From the NCBI GenBank assembly GCA_965218095.1, contig OZ244587.1, positions 3,744,001 through 3,808,000 on the forward strand: 64,000 nucleotides of DNA, written 5' to 3'. Below the pieces are notes generated by a model, which did not search any database, had not been told where the DNA came from, and saw only the letters and a list, made by a program, of their open reading frames with translations. Shown here piece by piece: positions 19,140-29,445 of this stretch. The stretch comes from Candidatus Poribacteria bacterium (lineage in GTDB: Bacteria; Poribacteria; WGA-4E; PCPOR2b). The first letter of the stretch is position 1. The number at the start of each line of letters is the position of its first letter. The translations under genes and the position numbers were made by a program.

Positions 19140-20333
19140 ATGAAAACTTCACAGATTCTCCTCGACTGCTTGGTTTTTGGAATTGAACCAGTGACAGAGA
19201 GCCACACCGCTGAAGTCAAGATTACTGCCAGCGACGCAGCGGCATACGACAATTTCGGCGTTTCCGTCGCCATCAGTGGAGACACCGCCATCGTCGGGGC
19301 TCGATATGACGATGATGCCGGAGACCGGTCCGGTTCAGCGTATATCTTCGTGCGCAACGGGACGAGTTGGACCCAGCAGGCGAAGCTTGCCGCCAGCGAC
19401 ACGGCGGCAGGAGATGAATTCGGCCTTTCCGTTGCCGTCAGTGGAGATACTGCCATTGTTGGGGCTCGATATGACGATGATGCCGGAGACCGGTCCGGTT
19501 CAGCGTATATCTTCGTGCGCAACGGGACGAGTTGGACCCAACAGGCGAAACTCACTGCCAGTGACGCCGCCGCTGGTAACGAATTCGGTGTTTCCGTTGC
19601 CATTAGTGGAGAGGTCGCCATCGTCGGGGCTTGGCGGGACGATGATGCGGGGGATGCTTCAGGGTCGGCGTATATCTTTGTGCGTAGCGGGACGAGTTGG
19701 ACGCAGCAGTCGAAACTCATCGCCAGCAACACAGCAGCATACGACAATTTCGGCGTTTCTGTCGCCATCAGCGGGGATACCGCCATCATCGGGGCTTTTG
19801 TAGTAGACTTCGCGTATATCTTCGTGCGCAACGGGACGAGTTGGATCCAGCAAGCAAAACTCACTGCCAGCGACGCGGTGATTGGGAACGGGTTCGGAGA
19901 GTCTGTCTCCATTAGCGGGGACACCGCCATCGTCGGGGCTGTATATGACGATGATGCCGGAGGTAACTCAGGCGCAACGTATATCTTCGTGCGCAGCGGA
20001 ACGAGTTGGACCCAGCAGACGAAACTCACCGCTAGTGACACGACGGTAGGTGACTGGTTCGGATGCTCCGTCGCCATCAGCGGGGAGGTCGCTATCGTTG
20101 GGGCTTGGCGGGACGATGATGCGGGGGATGCTTCAGGGTCGGCGTATATCTTCGTACGCAATGGGAACCGTTGGATCCAGCAGGCGAAACTCACCGCCAG
20201 CGACGCGGCGGAAAATGACATATTCGGCGCGTCCGTCGCCATCAACAGAGCCTTCGCCATTGTTGGGGTTTATGGGGATGATCATGCTAGGGGAAGTGAT
20301 TCAGGCTCGGCGTATATCTATCATTCCAGATAA
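19140..20333 (+). CDS. FG-GAP repeat beta-propeller protein
   Basis: Seven repeats of about 55 aa, KLTASD...FGxSVAISGDTAIVGA...GSAYIF. Confidence 0.9.
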   Translation: MKTSQILLDCLVFGIEPVTESHTAEVKITASDAAAYDNFGVSVAISGDTAIVGARYDDDAGDRSGSAYIFVRNGTSWTQQAKLAASDTAAGDEFGLSVAVSGDTAIVGARYDDDAGDRSGSAYIFVRNGTSWTQQAKLTASDAAAGNEFGVSVAISGEVAIVGAWRDDDAGDASGSAYIFVRSGTSWTQQSKLIASNTAAYDNFGVSVAISGDTAIIGAFVVDFAYIFVRNGTSWIQQAKLTASDAVIGNGFGESVSISGDTAIVGAVYDDDAGGNSGATYIFVRSGTSWTQQTKLTASDTTVGDWFGCSVAISGEVAIVGAWRDDDAGDASGSAYIFVRNGNRWIQQAKLTASDAAENDIFGASVAINRAFAIVGVYGDDHARGSDSGSAYIYHSR

Positions 20334-20554
20334 GACCTCTCTCCGCGTCGAGCCGTTTATATTCACGGCGACAACGTTGGGTCAAGTCAAGCAACGCGAA
20401 AAATCTCAGCATGTGGCAAAATTTGTGGGACATTTCGATATGGAGTTGGTATAATAATAGGAATTCGCACGCAGAAGTTCAGATACAACATACATACAAA
20501 ACTATCCCATTTTCTCATTTGGTCATACTGGCCAAAAAGAGGAGGTCATAAAAA

Positions 20555-21403
20555 ATGAACGTTATCGTAACAAGATTAAGTATAGTCAGCATCAACTTAT
20601 TCATCATCAGCCTAATGTTGACGGGTGGAAGCGATGCCAAAATTGAACTTGAAGACGTTGTTGCCACGTGGCTCTTTGAAGAGGAGAAGGAGGGTGGTGT
20701 TGGTGCCGATACATCCGGCAACGGTCATCATGGCGAGCTGGTGAATAGACCGAAAGTGGTAGACGGAAAGTTCGGCAAGGCATTGCAGTTTAATGGAAAG
20801 GACAATCTTGCCGCTGGTGCGAGCTTTGTCAAGGTTCCACACGATGAAGCCCTAAACCTGCCTGATGCCGTGTCCATTTCGGCATGGGTTATCAGACGCA
20901 AATTTGACTTTTTAACTCATGAGGCAAGATCACAGACGATTCTTGCCAAAGGTGGAGATTGGGCGCCTTTGACACATTCCGGCTACGGATTCGCCCTCCA
21001 CGAGGTTCTGGACAATATGTTTTTTTTCTATTTTAAGGATGGTTGGCGGGGCGCAGCGACGGTTCCAGACCAGGAATGGCATCATTATGCAGTCACTGCC
21101 AAAACAAGAGACAAAGATCCAGCCCTGTATATTGATGGTGAATTACAGACAATTGTACATCGGGGTGGTAAAGCTAATAAGATCGAGTGGACGCTTAATG
21201 AGGGACCGTTAGAGATTGGCGGACAAACACGAGCAGATGAATGGTTCAGCTCAAACATTATTGACGACGTTGGCCTCTTCAATAGAGTCCTGACTCAAGA
21301 GGAAGTTCAACGGCTCACGAAAGGACTTCAGACTGCCGTCTTCGCTGTTTCTCCATCGGGCAAACTTGCCACAACCTGGGCTGAGATTAAACAAAGGAAG
21401 TGA
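20555..21403 (+). CDS. Secreted LamG-like jellyroll protein (copy 1)
   Basis: Signal peptide, DTSGNGHHG, GKFGKALQFNG, WHHYA, LYIDG, IDDV; C-terminus AVSPSGKLATTWAEIK. Confidence 0.92.
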   Translation: MNVIVTRLSIVSINLFIISLMLTGGSDAKIELEDVVATWLFEEEKEGGVGADTSGNGHHGELVNRPKVVDGKFGKALQFNGKDNLAAGASFVKVPHDEALNLPDAVSISAWVIRRKFDFLTHEARSQTILAKGGDWAPLTHSGYGFALHEVLDNMFFFYFKDGWRGAATVPDQEWHHYAVTAKTRDKDPALYIDGELQTIVHRGGKANKIEWTLNEGPLEIGGQTRADEWFSSNIIDDVGLFNRVLTQEEVQRLTKGLQTAVFAVSPSGKLATTWAEIKQRK

Positions 21404-21461
21404 GCCGGGTTGAGTAACAAAAGTGGTTTGGGAACAAACAGTTAGCGACTTTTCGGCATAT

Positions 21462-21521
21462 ATTGCTCCTGATGAAGCATTGAGGATTCAGAGCAATCTG
21501 AATGCCGGTGCTTCATCGGGG
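21462..21521. repeat. Intergenic nested micro-insertion pair (30-bp unit 21469-21498 inside an inverted unit)
   Basis: ATTGCTC[CTGATGAAGCATTGAGGATTCAGAGCAATC]TGAATGCCGGTGCTTCATCGGGG. Confidence 0.85.
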
Positions 21522-21698
21522 CTTGTCAAACAACAGAAGGGGATTCTTGGAGAGGAGGGTCCGAGGGAACGAGTCAAAACTCCTCGCTCCCTGGCGTCTA
21601 TTTTCCACGATGGATGAGAAGTAGGATAAAACGGACCGTGACATCGATCCTACCGAGTTTTCGAGAGCGCTCAAACCCCAAAAAGGAGGTAATCAAAG

Positions 21699-22550
21699 AT
21701 GAACAGTATCATAACAAAATTAAACGGCGTCGGCATTAGCTTACTCATCATGAGTCTGATGTTTCCAGGCAGAAGTGAGGCCAAAATTGAACTTGAAGAC
21801 GTTGTTGGCGTGTGGCTCTTTGATGAAATCAAGGATAAGGTCGCCAAGGATGCCACCGGCAACGGTCATGATGGAGAGTTAATTAATAAATCGAAGCATG
21901 TAGAGGGGAAGTTCGGCAAGGCATTGAAGTTTAATGGAAAGGACAATCTTGCCGCTGGTGCCAGTTATGTCAAGGTGCCACACCATGAGGACCTGAACCT
22001 TCCTGATGTCGTGTCCATTTCGGCATGGGTTATCAGACGCGAATTTGACTTTTTGGTTCATGAGGCAAGAGCACAGGTAATCCTTGCAAAAGGTGGAACC
22101 TGGGCGTGGTTGCGAGAGTCTGGTTACGGATTAGCCCTCCATGAGGTTTTAGACAATATGTTTGTTTTCTATTTTAGGGATGGCTGGCGGGGCGCAGCGA
22201 CTGTCCCAGATAAGGCGTGGCACCATTATGCAGCCGTTGCCCAAAAAGGAAAGGCAGAGCCAATTCTGTATATTGATGGTGAGCCGCAGCCAATCGTACA
22301 TAAGGGTGGTGAGGCGAACAAGATGGCTTGGACGCCCCTTGAACAGCCATTGCCATTAGAAATTGGCGGACAAACACCGGGTGATGAATTCTACAGCTCA
22401 AACATCATTGATGACGTTGCCATCTTCAATAGAGCTCTGACTCAAGAGGACGTTCAGCGGCTCATGAAAGGGATTCAAACTGCCGTCTTCGCTGTTTCCC
22501 CATCGGGCAAACTTGCTACCACTTGGGCGGAGATTAAACAAAGGAGGTGA
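21699..22550 (+). CDS. Secreted LamG-like jellyroll protein (copy 2)
   Basis: Paralog of copy 1; AGGAGGT RBS; same C-terminal motif. Confidence 0.92.
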   Translation: MNSIITKLNGVGISLLIMSLMFPGRSEAKIELEDVVGVWLFDEIKDKVAKDATGNGHDGELINKSKHVEGKFGKALKFNGKDNLAAGASYVKVPHHEDLNLPDVVSISAWVIRREFDFLVHEARAQVILAKGGTWAWLRESGYGLALHEVLDNMFVFYFRDGWRGAATVPDKAWHHYAAVAQKGKAEPILYIDGEPQPIVHKGGEANKMAWTPLEQPLPLEIGGQTPGDEFYSSNIIDDVAIFNRALTQEDVQRLMKGIQTAVFAVSPSGKLATTWAEIKQRR

Positions 22551-22739
22551 ACAAAAAGTCAAATGTCCCTAACTGCAATTTGGGTCGCTTGACTTGACAT
22601 TTCGAATTGTCCGGTCACTTAAATCGGTATGCAAAGCGCCCTCCGATAGATCAGGATTTCACTGTGTTCAACTTGTATACAAAACCACCCCATTTTCTTA
22701 ACAGGGTACTTATCAGCCCCCAAAAGGAGGTAATCAAAA

Positions 22740-23594
22740 ATGAACAATCGGATGCCGGGCTTAAGCGGAGTTGGTATCAGCTTACTCATCATAGGTCTGA
22801 TGTTGACGGGCGGAAGTGAGGCCAAAATTGACCTCGAAGACGTTGTTGCAATGTGGTTCTTTGATGAAATTGACGGTGATGTTGTCAAGGATGACACCGG
22901 CAACGGTCATGATGGAAAATTGATTAATAAATCGAAACATGTAGATGGGAAGTTCGGCAAGGCATTGAAGTTTAATGGGAAAGACAATCTTGCCGCTGGC
23001 GCGAGCTATATGGAGGTGCCACACCATGAAGAGCTCCAATTCCCTGATGCTGTATCCATTTCAGCATGGGTTATCAGACGAAAATTTGACTTTTTGGTTC
23101 ATGAGGCAAGGCCACAAATGATTCTTGGAAAAAATGCTGATTGGCCGTATTTAAGGGAGCAGACCGGTTTTGGAACAGGTCTCCACGAAGTTTTGGACGA
23201 TATGTTTTTTTTCTATTCTGAACTTGCATGGCGGGGTGTAAAGACTGTCCCAGATGAAGAGTGGCACCATTACGCAGTCGTTGCCAAACAAGGAGACAAG
23301 GATCCATCCATGTATATTGATGGCGAGTTGCAGCCAATCGAGCATCGGGGTGGTGATAAAAAAAATAAGAAGCTGACATGGAATGACAGTGTAGGAGAGT
23401 TATTTATTGGTGCGATATTAGTCGGAGATGAATACTTCAGCACAAACACTGTCGATGAGGTCGCCATCTTCAAGACTGCTCTGACTCAAGAGGACGTTCA
23501 GCGGCTCATGAAAGGACTTAAGGTTGGTGTCCTCGCTGTTTCCCCGTCAGGCAAACTCGCTACCACCTGGGCAGAAATTAAAGGAAGCCGGTGA
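22740..23594 (+). CDS. Secreted LamG-like jellyroll protein (copy 3)
   Basis: Paralog of copies 1-2; leader CCCCAAAAAGGAGGTAATCAAA shared with copy 2. Confidence 0.92.
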   Translation: MNNRMPGLSGVGISLLIIGLMLTGGSEAKIDLEDVVAMWFFDEIDGDVVKDDTGNGHDGKLINKSKHVDGKFGKALKFNGKDNLAAGASYMEVPHHEELQFPDAVSISAWVIRRKFDFLVHEARPQMILGKNADWPYLREQTGFGTGLHEVLDDMFFFYSELAWRGVKTVPDEEWHHYAVVAKQGDKDPSMYIDGELQPIEHRGGDKKNKKLTWNDSVGELFIGAILVGDEYFSTNTVDEVAIFKTALTQEDVQRLMKGLKVGVLAVSPSGKLATTWAEIKGSR

Positions 23595-23852
23595 GCAAAG
23601 CGTCAAGCCCCCCAACTGCACAACTGCAATTTGCTTACTTTTACCCAAATCTTTTCTTATGGGTTAGGACTTACACAGCCGATGTGCAGAACCTGCGATT
23701 TGACTGCACCCTGAATCCGATACAAGACACACAAGAGGTTGGGGGATAATCAGCCGATTCAATTGTGTCAATCCTGTGGGTAATAGCAAGTGCTACGCGA
23801 GGTCACCGATCTATCAGGGCTGTGACGTTTTACGAAATACGCAATATGGAAG

Positions 23853-26800
23853 ATGTACTACATGGGACGATTAACCGGACCGACTCGGAAAATGAACTTC
23901 CCCGGTGTGCTGTTCCTCCTCGGAGCTGTGGGCTTCCTTGGGGCATTCATATCCATAACAGAAAACGCCTCCGGCGCCGCCGAATCCCAAGTTACCGTGC
24001 CCCTGGGGATGTCATCTGCACATCCCGAACCAGCGCCGCGTCCAGTGACACCCGGCCACGAAAAGATGGTTGCGCTTCTCAAGGGGCTCGCCGACCGAGC
24101 CATAGAAGAGAATAGCTACATCGGGAATGGAACGGCGCGTCGGCTGCGTGAGCGGCTCGCGGATTTGCCTGCCAATACACCAGGCCCAGACAGATGGCGT
24201 CTTCATATGCAAGCAGGAGAGGCAGAGCTTAGTCTGGGCAATGAAGCAGAGGCAATCGATCACCTCACACAGGCTCGCCAGTTGCTAAACCAGTCGAGGT
24301 ACAACATTCCGTCCTCGGTAGTGAATCAGACCCTCTTTCGCCTTGGCGTGGCACACATGAGGCTAGGCGAGACACAAAATTGTTGCTTGCGCCACACGCC
24401 TGAAAGCTGCATTCTGCCCATCCAGGGAAGCGGCATCCACAACAAACAGAACGGGTCGAAACAGGCCATCACCTATTTTACCGAGGTCCTGCAAAGGTCC
24501 CCGAAAAACTCATCTGAGCACCTCAAAGCCAAATGGCTGCTCAACATCGCCTACATGACAATCGGCGGCTATCCTGATGAAGTTCCGCAGCAATACCGGA
24601 TTCAGGCGGAGGTGTTTGAGTCTGACGAGGCCATCCCGAGGTTTGTGAACCTTGCGCCCGGACTCGGTCTGGATACGTTTGACCTGGCTGGTGGGGCAAT
24701 TATCGACGATTTTGACAACGACGGTTACCTGGACATCGTGGTGTCCTCGTGGGATGCGACCGAGCAGATGCGTTTCTTTCGCAACAACCAGGATGGCACG
24801 TTTTCCGATCGAACCGAGCAGACAAACCTTGTGGGCTTGCTCGGTGGGTTCAATCTCGTACAGGCTGACTACGACAACGATGGCGACGTCGATATCTTTA
24901 TGCTGCGGGGCGCCTGGCTCCTCAAAAATGGGAGCTATCCAAACTCCCTGCTGCGCAACAACGGGGATGGTACGTTCACGGAAGTGACCTTTGAGGCAGG
25001 ACTCGGCGATGTGCATTATCCGACGCAAACGGCCGGGTGGGCGGACTACGATAATGATGGCAATGTCGATCTTTACATTGGCAACGAAGCGATTAATGAT
25101 TTTATCGCTCCTTGCCAACTGTTCCACAACAATGGCGATGGGAGTTTTACCGATGTGGCTATGGAAGCGGGCGTGCAAAATGGCGGTTTTACCAAGGCAG
25201 TGATCTGGGGTGATTACGATGGCGATCGCTGGCCCGATCTTTACGTGTCCAATTATGCAGCCAAGAATCGCCTGTATCGCAACAATGGCGATGGAACGTT
25301 CACCGACGTAGCTGGGCACCTCCATATCGACCGCCCAATGCGCAGCTTTCCTGCCTGGTTCTGGGACTTTGACAACGACGGGATGCTAGACTTGTATGTG
25401 GCATCCTTTGTGGAGGACCTTGCTCCTGTCGTAGCAAGCTACCTTGGCATGCCCACCAAGGTCGAAACAGCTTCCCTTTATCACGCCAATGGCAGTGGTG
25501 GCTTCGTGAACGTTGCCCGCCAGCAGAACCTGACACGGTTCTATCCTGTAATGGGGTCAAACTTCGGTGACCTGGATAACGATGGTTTCCTCGATTTCTA
25601 CCTCGGAACCGGGGCTCCGGATTACGACACCTTGATGCCTAATGTTATGTTCCGCAATCAGGGTGGGGCGGGCTTCTCGGATGTGACCTACGCTGGTGGC
25701 TTTGGCCACCTTCAGAAGGGCCATGCCATCGTCTTTGCTGACCTTGACAACGACGGCGATCAGGACGTCTTTGAGCAAATGGGCGGTTTTTACCCCGGCG
25801 ACAAATTCGGCAATGCCTTGTTCGAGAACCCCGGTTTCGGTAATCGTTGGATTGCCGTCAAACTCATCGGTGTCCGCTCCAATCGATCGGCGATCGGGGC
25901 GCGCATCCATGTCAAGGTCACCGAAAACAGAGATCGACGCTCGATCTACAAACACGTCAACAGCGGCGGCAGTTTCGGCGCCAATCCACTTCGGCAAACA
26001 ATCGGCCTGGGTAAAGCCTCAAAAATCGAAGCACTTGAGATTTTCTGGCCAACCACCGGCATCACACAAACCTTCCACAACGTGTCTGTCGATCAGTTTA
26101 TTCAGATCGTTGAGGGTGCGGAACAGTACACAACCCTTACTCTCAAAAAGCTGGAGTTGGACGCGGAGCGTCTGGGCTCAGACCTTTATGTATCCGTGGG
26201 GGGAGAGGATGACGAAAAGCGCCAGGCCCGTCTCTTTTACGATGAGGGCACGCAGGCAATTCTTCGCAGGGACTATAAAGACGCGCTGGCGGCATTTGAG
26301 CATGCCGTGACACTCGACCCATCGTTGGCAGATGCCCATTATCGCTTGGCTCTACTTTACGGGCGGCAAGACCACGGGAAACAATATCAATGGAAACAGG
26401 CTGTCCAGGCACTCCAGAGTGCCATTTCCGCAGATCCAAACCATATTGATGCCTACTATCAACTGGGTGAAATCTACCTGGAGGCGATGGCACGCACGGC
26501 GGAGGCTATCCCGCCCCTACAGAAGGCGATTCAGATGGACCCCAACTATGCGAGCGCGCGGCGGCTGTTGGGAAGTGCCTACCTGCGCCAGAGGCATACC
26601 GATGAAGCGATTCACGAACTCCAGCGGGCTGTGGCACTTAACCCTTCTGACACAAAAGCCCATTATACCCTCGGTCTCGCTTATTTTCAGGGTGGCGAAT
26701 TTGAAAAGGCAAGCCAGCGCTTCAAAGCGGTACTTGAACAAGATCCCTTGCATGCAAAGGCGTACTTTCATCTCAGTAATGCTTACCGTCGCACGGGTAG

Positions 26801-27317
26801 AACAGCAGAAGGAAAAGAAGCTCTACAAACCTTTGAAAAACTGAGTCAGGAGGAGGTGCAAATCAAGATACTCAAGCGTTTTCTGGGCGCCAACCCCATA
26901 GACGCCGAGGCGTGGCATGAGTTGGGGCGCCTTCTGATGGGAAGGCAGGAATGGGCTGACGCCGCCGCTGCCTTTGAAGAGTACATTGCGCTCAAGCCTC
27001 ACGATAAACGTGGCTATGAGACACTTGGCTACCTTTACTTCCAACTAAAAAATCGCGAGAAAGCAGGGGAGATATACAGCGAGCTCGTTCAGCGTCATCC
27101 CGATGTTGCGACATATCGAAACAGTCTGGGGCTCGTCTATGCGATGATGGAAAAGTATCCCCAGGCGATTGAGGCGTTTCAAACAGCGATTCGACTAAAG
27201 CCTTCTGAGCCCAGCTTTCACCTGAATCTGGCGAAAGCCTACAAACTCGTTGGAAAGACCGCAAAGGCTGAAGCGGAATATCGTCTCTATCAGCGTCTCA
27301 AGTCTCACAACCACTGA
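23853..27317 (+). CDS. FG-GAP/ASPIC-UnbV (CRTAC1-like) protein with N- and C-terminal TPRs
   Basis: Repeated DxDNDGxxD calcium loops, NRSAIGARI...SGGSFGANPL UnbV motif, about 10 C-terminal TPR units; exact start uncertain. Confidence 0.9.
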   Translation: MYYMGRLTGPTRKMNFPGVLFLLGAVGFLGAFISITENASGAAESQVTVPLGMSSAHPEPAPRPVTPGHEKMVALLKGLADRAIEENSYIGNGTARRLRERLADLPANTPGPDRWRLHMQAGEAELSLGNEAEAIDHLTQARQLLNQSRYNIPSSVVNQTLFRLGVAHMRLGETQNCCLRHTPESCILPIQGSGIHNKQNGSKQAITYFTEVLQRSPKNSSEHLKAKWLLNIAYMTIGGYPDEVPQQYRIQAEVFESDEAIPRFVNLAPGLGLDTFDLAGGAIIDDFDNDGYLDIVVSSWDATEQMRFFRNNQDGTFSDRTEQTNLVGLLGGFNLVQADYDNDGDVDIFMLRGAWLLKNGSYPNSLLRNNGDGTFTEVTFEAGLGDVHYPTQTAGWADYDNDGNVDLYIGNEAINDFIAPCQLFHNNGDGSFTDVAMEAGVQNGGFTKAVIWGDYDGDRWPDLYVSNYAAKNRLYRNNGDGTFTDVAGHLHIDRPMRSFPAWFWDFDNDGMLDLYVASFVEDLAPVVASYLGMPTKVETASLYHANGSGGFVNVARQQNLTRFYPVMGSNFGDLDNDGFLDFYLGTGAPDYDTLMPNVMFRNQGGAGFSDVTYAGGFGHLQKGHAIVFADLDNDGDQDVFEQMGGFYPGDKFGNALFENPGFGNRWIAVKLIGVRSNRSAIGARIHVKVTENRDRRSIYKHVNSGGSFGANPLRQTIGLGKASKIEALEIFWPTTGITQTFHNVSVDQFIQIVEGAEQYTTLTLKKLELDAERLGSDLYVSVGGEDDEKRQARLFYDEGTQAILRRDYKDALAAFEHAVTLDPSLADAHYRLALLYGRQDHGKQYQWKQAVQALQSAISADPNHIDAYYQLGEIYLEAMARTAEAIPPLQKAIQMDPNYASARRLLGSAYLRQRHTDEAIHELQRAVALNPSDTKAHYTLGLAYFQGGEFEKASQRFKAVLEQDPLHAKAYFHLSNAYRRTGRTAEGKEALQTFEKLSQEEVQIKILKRFLGANPIDAEAWHELGRLLMGRQEWADAAAAFEEYIALKPHDKRGYETLGYLYFQLKNREKAGEIYSELVQRHPDVATYRNSLGLVYAMMEKYPQAIEAFQTAIRLKPSEPSFHLNLAKAYKLVGKTAKAEAEYRLYQRLKSHNH

Positions 27318-27341
27318 CGATAGATTGCCCTACCCGGATAG

Positions 27342-27388
27342 TTGTAGTAGCGCAATTACTTACATCCCGATCCATCGGAGTCATTGCG
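27342..27388. repeat. GTAG-type REP with a 24-bp micro-insertion (27358-27381) in its loop
   Basis: TTGTAGTAGCGCAATT[ACTTACATCCCGATCCATCGGAGT]CATTGCG; uninterrupted form at 52845-52880. Confidence 0.8.
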
Positions 27389-27720
27389 TGTTTCCCCGTG
27401 ACGTGTATAGTTACTTCACCACAAATACTATTCCTCTCTCACGATCACTTTTGAAATTCTTGTACAAAACTCTGAGTCCAAAAAGAAACCAATCTGTTCG
27501 TTGTACGCTATTCGTACCTAACGAGAAAGAAGGTGCGCTAGTCCAGTTAGCACGGTACAGCCCAGTTGACAAACTCAAAAATAGTTTATTCAGACCAAGT
27601 GCACCACCGTTCATGTGGTTTCTGTTAAAAGTTTCAACCGGCTTTTCGATACGCTTTGCTACTCAACCGACATTCGCTAACTGAAAAACTCGTGTGGTTC
27701 CACGTTTTGCACAATACACA

Positions 27721-29445
27721 ATGATTTCGATACGGTTTTGCCGACTCAATCGGAGCCGCATTACGCATCACGTATCATCTATCATGCTTTTGTCTCTTGC
27801 CGGACTTCTGTTTGTAACAATCAATGTGTCTGTAGGGGTGCCTCAAGTACAATTCATCGATGTTACAGCGGCGTCGGGGATTTGCTTCAGGCATGTGAAC
27901 GGGGCAAAGGGGGACTATCATTTACCAGAAATGTTTGGCGCCGGCGGGGCGTTCTTAGACTATGATAACGATGGAGATCTCGACCTTTTTCTGGTAAACG
28001 GCGGTGATTTAACCGGCGGTTCTTTGGAAGAACCATCAACGAGCGTCCTCTATCGCAACAACGGCGACAGGACGTTCACAGACATAACCTCCACAGCAGG
28101 GGTGAGCAACGCCGGAAATTACGGGCTGGGCGTCGCATGTGGTGACTACGACAATGATGGCACCCCGGATCTCTACATGACGAATTTTGGCGCAAATGTG
28201 CTCTACCGCAATAATGGAGATGGCAGCTTCACAGACGTCACCGAAGAAGCTGGCGTGGGGGATGCATTGTGGAGTAGCAGTGCAACCTTCTTTGATTACA
28301 ACCGCGACGGTCACCTTGATCTCTACGTTGTCAACTATGTGCTCTATCCCCTTGACATCACCTATCCTCCCTGCGATGGTGATGGTTTTCGCACCTACTG
28401 CCACCCACTATACTTTAAGGGTGCGCCTGACCGGCTCTATCGAAATAACGGGGACGGCAGCTTTGTGGACGCCACCAAAGCTGCGGGTATCACCGACATG
28501 GGCGGTCCCTTTCATGGAAAAGGATTGGGGGTCGTCGCGGCAGATTTTAACAATGACGGAAATCCAGACCTTTATGTCGCTAACGATGTCACACCCAACT
28601 ACCTCTTCAACAACCAGGGGGATGGTACATTCGTGGAGATAGGGGTTGCCGCGGGTTGTGCCTACAGTACCGACGGTGCGGCGCAAGCTGGCATGGGCGT
28701 TGACGCCGGAGACTACGACGGTGATGGGTTTCTTGACATCTTCGTCACCAATTTCTCCTATGAGACGAATGCCCTTTATCGGAATAATGGTGATGATACG
28801 TTCACCGATGTGAGTTACGAAACACATCTGGGGGATGAGAGTTACCTTCGCCTGGGATTTGGCGTGGGCTTTTTCGATTATAACAACGATGGCTATCCGG
28901 ATCTCTTTGTCGCAAACGGGCATATTTTCGAGCACATCAAGCGGACGACAGACGTTGTCACATATCCCCAGCAGAATCAACTGTTTCATAACAATGGGAA
29001 CGGCGGGTTTACCGAAGTATCTTTCAAGTCCGGCGGGTACTTCCAACGGAAAGGTGTCAGCCGTGGGGCAATCTTTGGCGATTATGATAACGATGGCGAC
29101 CTCGATATTGTGGTGACCCAATTGAACCAGTCGGCGGAGCTTTTGCGCAATGAAGGAGGCAATCGTCGAAACTGGGTGCGGATTAAGACGGTCGGTGTCC
29201 TCAGCAACCGGGATGGCATCGGCGCGCGGGTGACATTGACGGTGGGAGGCCACTCGCGGGTACAAGAGGTGCATGCCGGATCGAGTTATCAGTGCAGCAA
29301 TGACCCTCAAGTTTTTTTCGGTCTGGGTGACCATCGCACGATTGATCGTTTGGAAATTCGTTGGCCTAGTGGAGTTGTACAGGTTCTTGAGAACATCCCG
29401 GCAAATCAGGAAATTGTCGTGACCGAAGATAGTGATAAGAAATAA
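27721..29445 (+). CDS. CRTAC1-like FG-GAP/ASPIC-UnbV protein (paralog A)
   Basis: DYDNDGDLD repeats, NRDGIGARV, GSSYQCS, EIRWPSG; ATG 27721 chosen by alignment with paralog B. Confidence 0.92.
   Translation: MISIRFCRLNRSRITHHVSSIMLLSLAGLLFVTINVSVGVPQVQFIDVTAASGICFRHVNGAKGDYHLPEMFGAGGAFLDYDNDGDLDLFLVNGGDLTGGSLEEPSTSVLYRNNGDRTFTDITSTAGVSNAGNYGLGVACGDYDNDGTPDLYMTNFGANVLYRNNGDGSFTDVTEEAGVGDALWSSSATFFDYNRDGHLDLYVVNYVLYPLDITYPPCDGDGFRTYCHPLYFKGAPDRLYRNNGDGSFVDATKAAGITDMGGPFHGKGLGVVAADFNNDGNPDLYVANDVTPNYLFNNQGDGTFVEIGVAAGCAYSTDGAAQAGMGVDAGDYDGDGFLDIFVTNFSYETNALYRNNGDDTFTDVSYETHLGDESYLRLGFGVGFFDYNNDGYPDLFVANGHIFEHIKRTTDVVTYPQQNQLFHNNGNGGFTEVSFKSGGYFQRKGVSRGAIFGDYDNDGDLDIVVTQLNQSAELLRNEGGNRRNWVRIKTVGVLSNRDGIGARVTLTVGGHSRVQEVHAGSSYQCSNDPQVFFGLGDHRTIDRLEIRWPSGVVQVLENIPANQEIVVTEDSDKK

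Noticed and set aside
18908-20260. 450-aa repetitive antisense ORF
   Set aside because: Shadow of the FG-GAP repeat gene on the opposite strand.
22641-22662. Degenerate CCGAT hairpins (also about 21642, 38030, 50537) as further micro-insertions
   Set aside because: Tail and boundaries are too diverged to define; not counted.
23665-23680. Solo TAGGACTTACAC resembling the IS701 TIR (also CAGGGCTTACGCAA near 30761)
   Set aside because: No partner end, target duplication or transposase remnant found.
21404-23760. LamG array as integron cassettes or DGR targets
   Set aside because: No paired RYYYAAC/GTTRRRY attC structure, integrase, reverse transcriptase or adenine-specific template/variable repeat pair seen.
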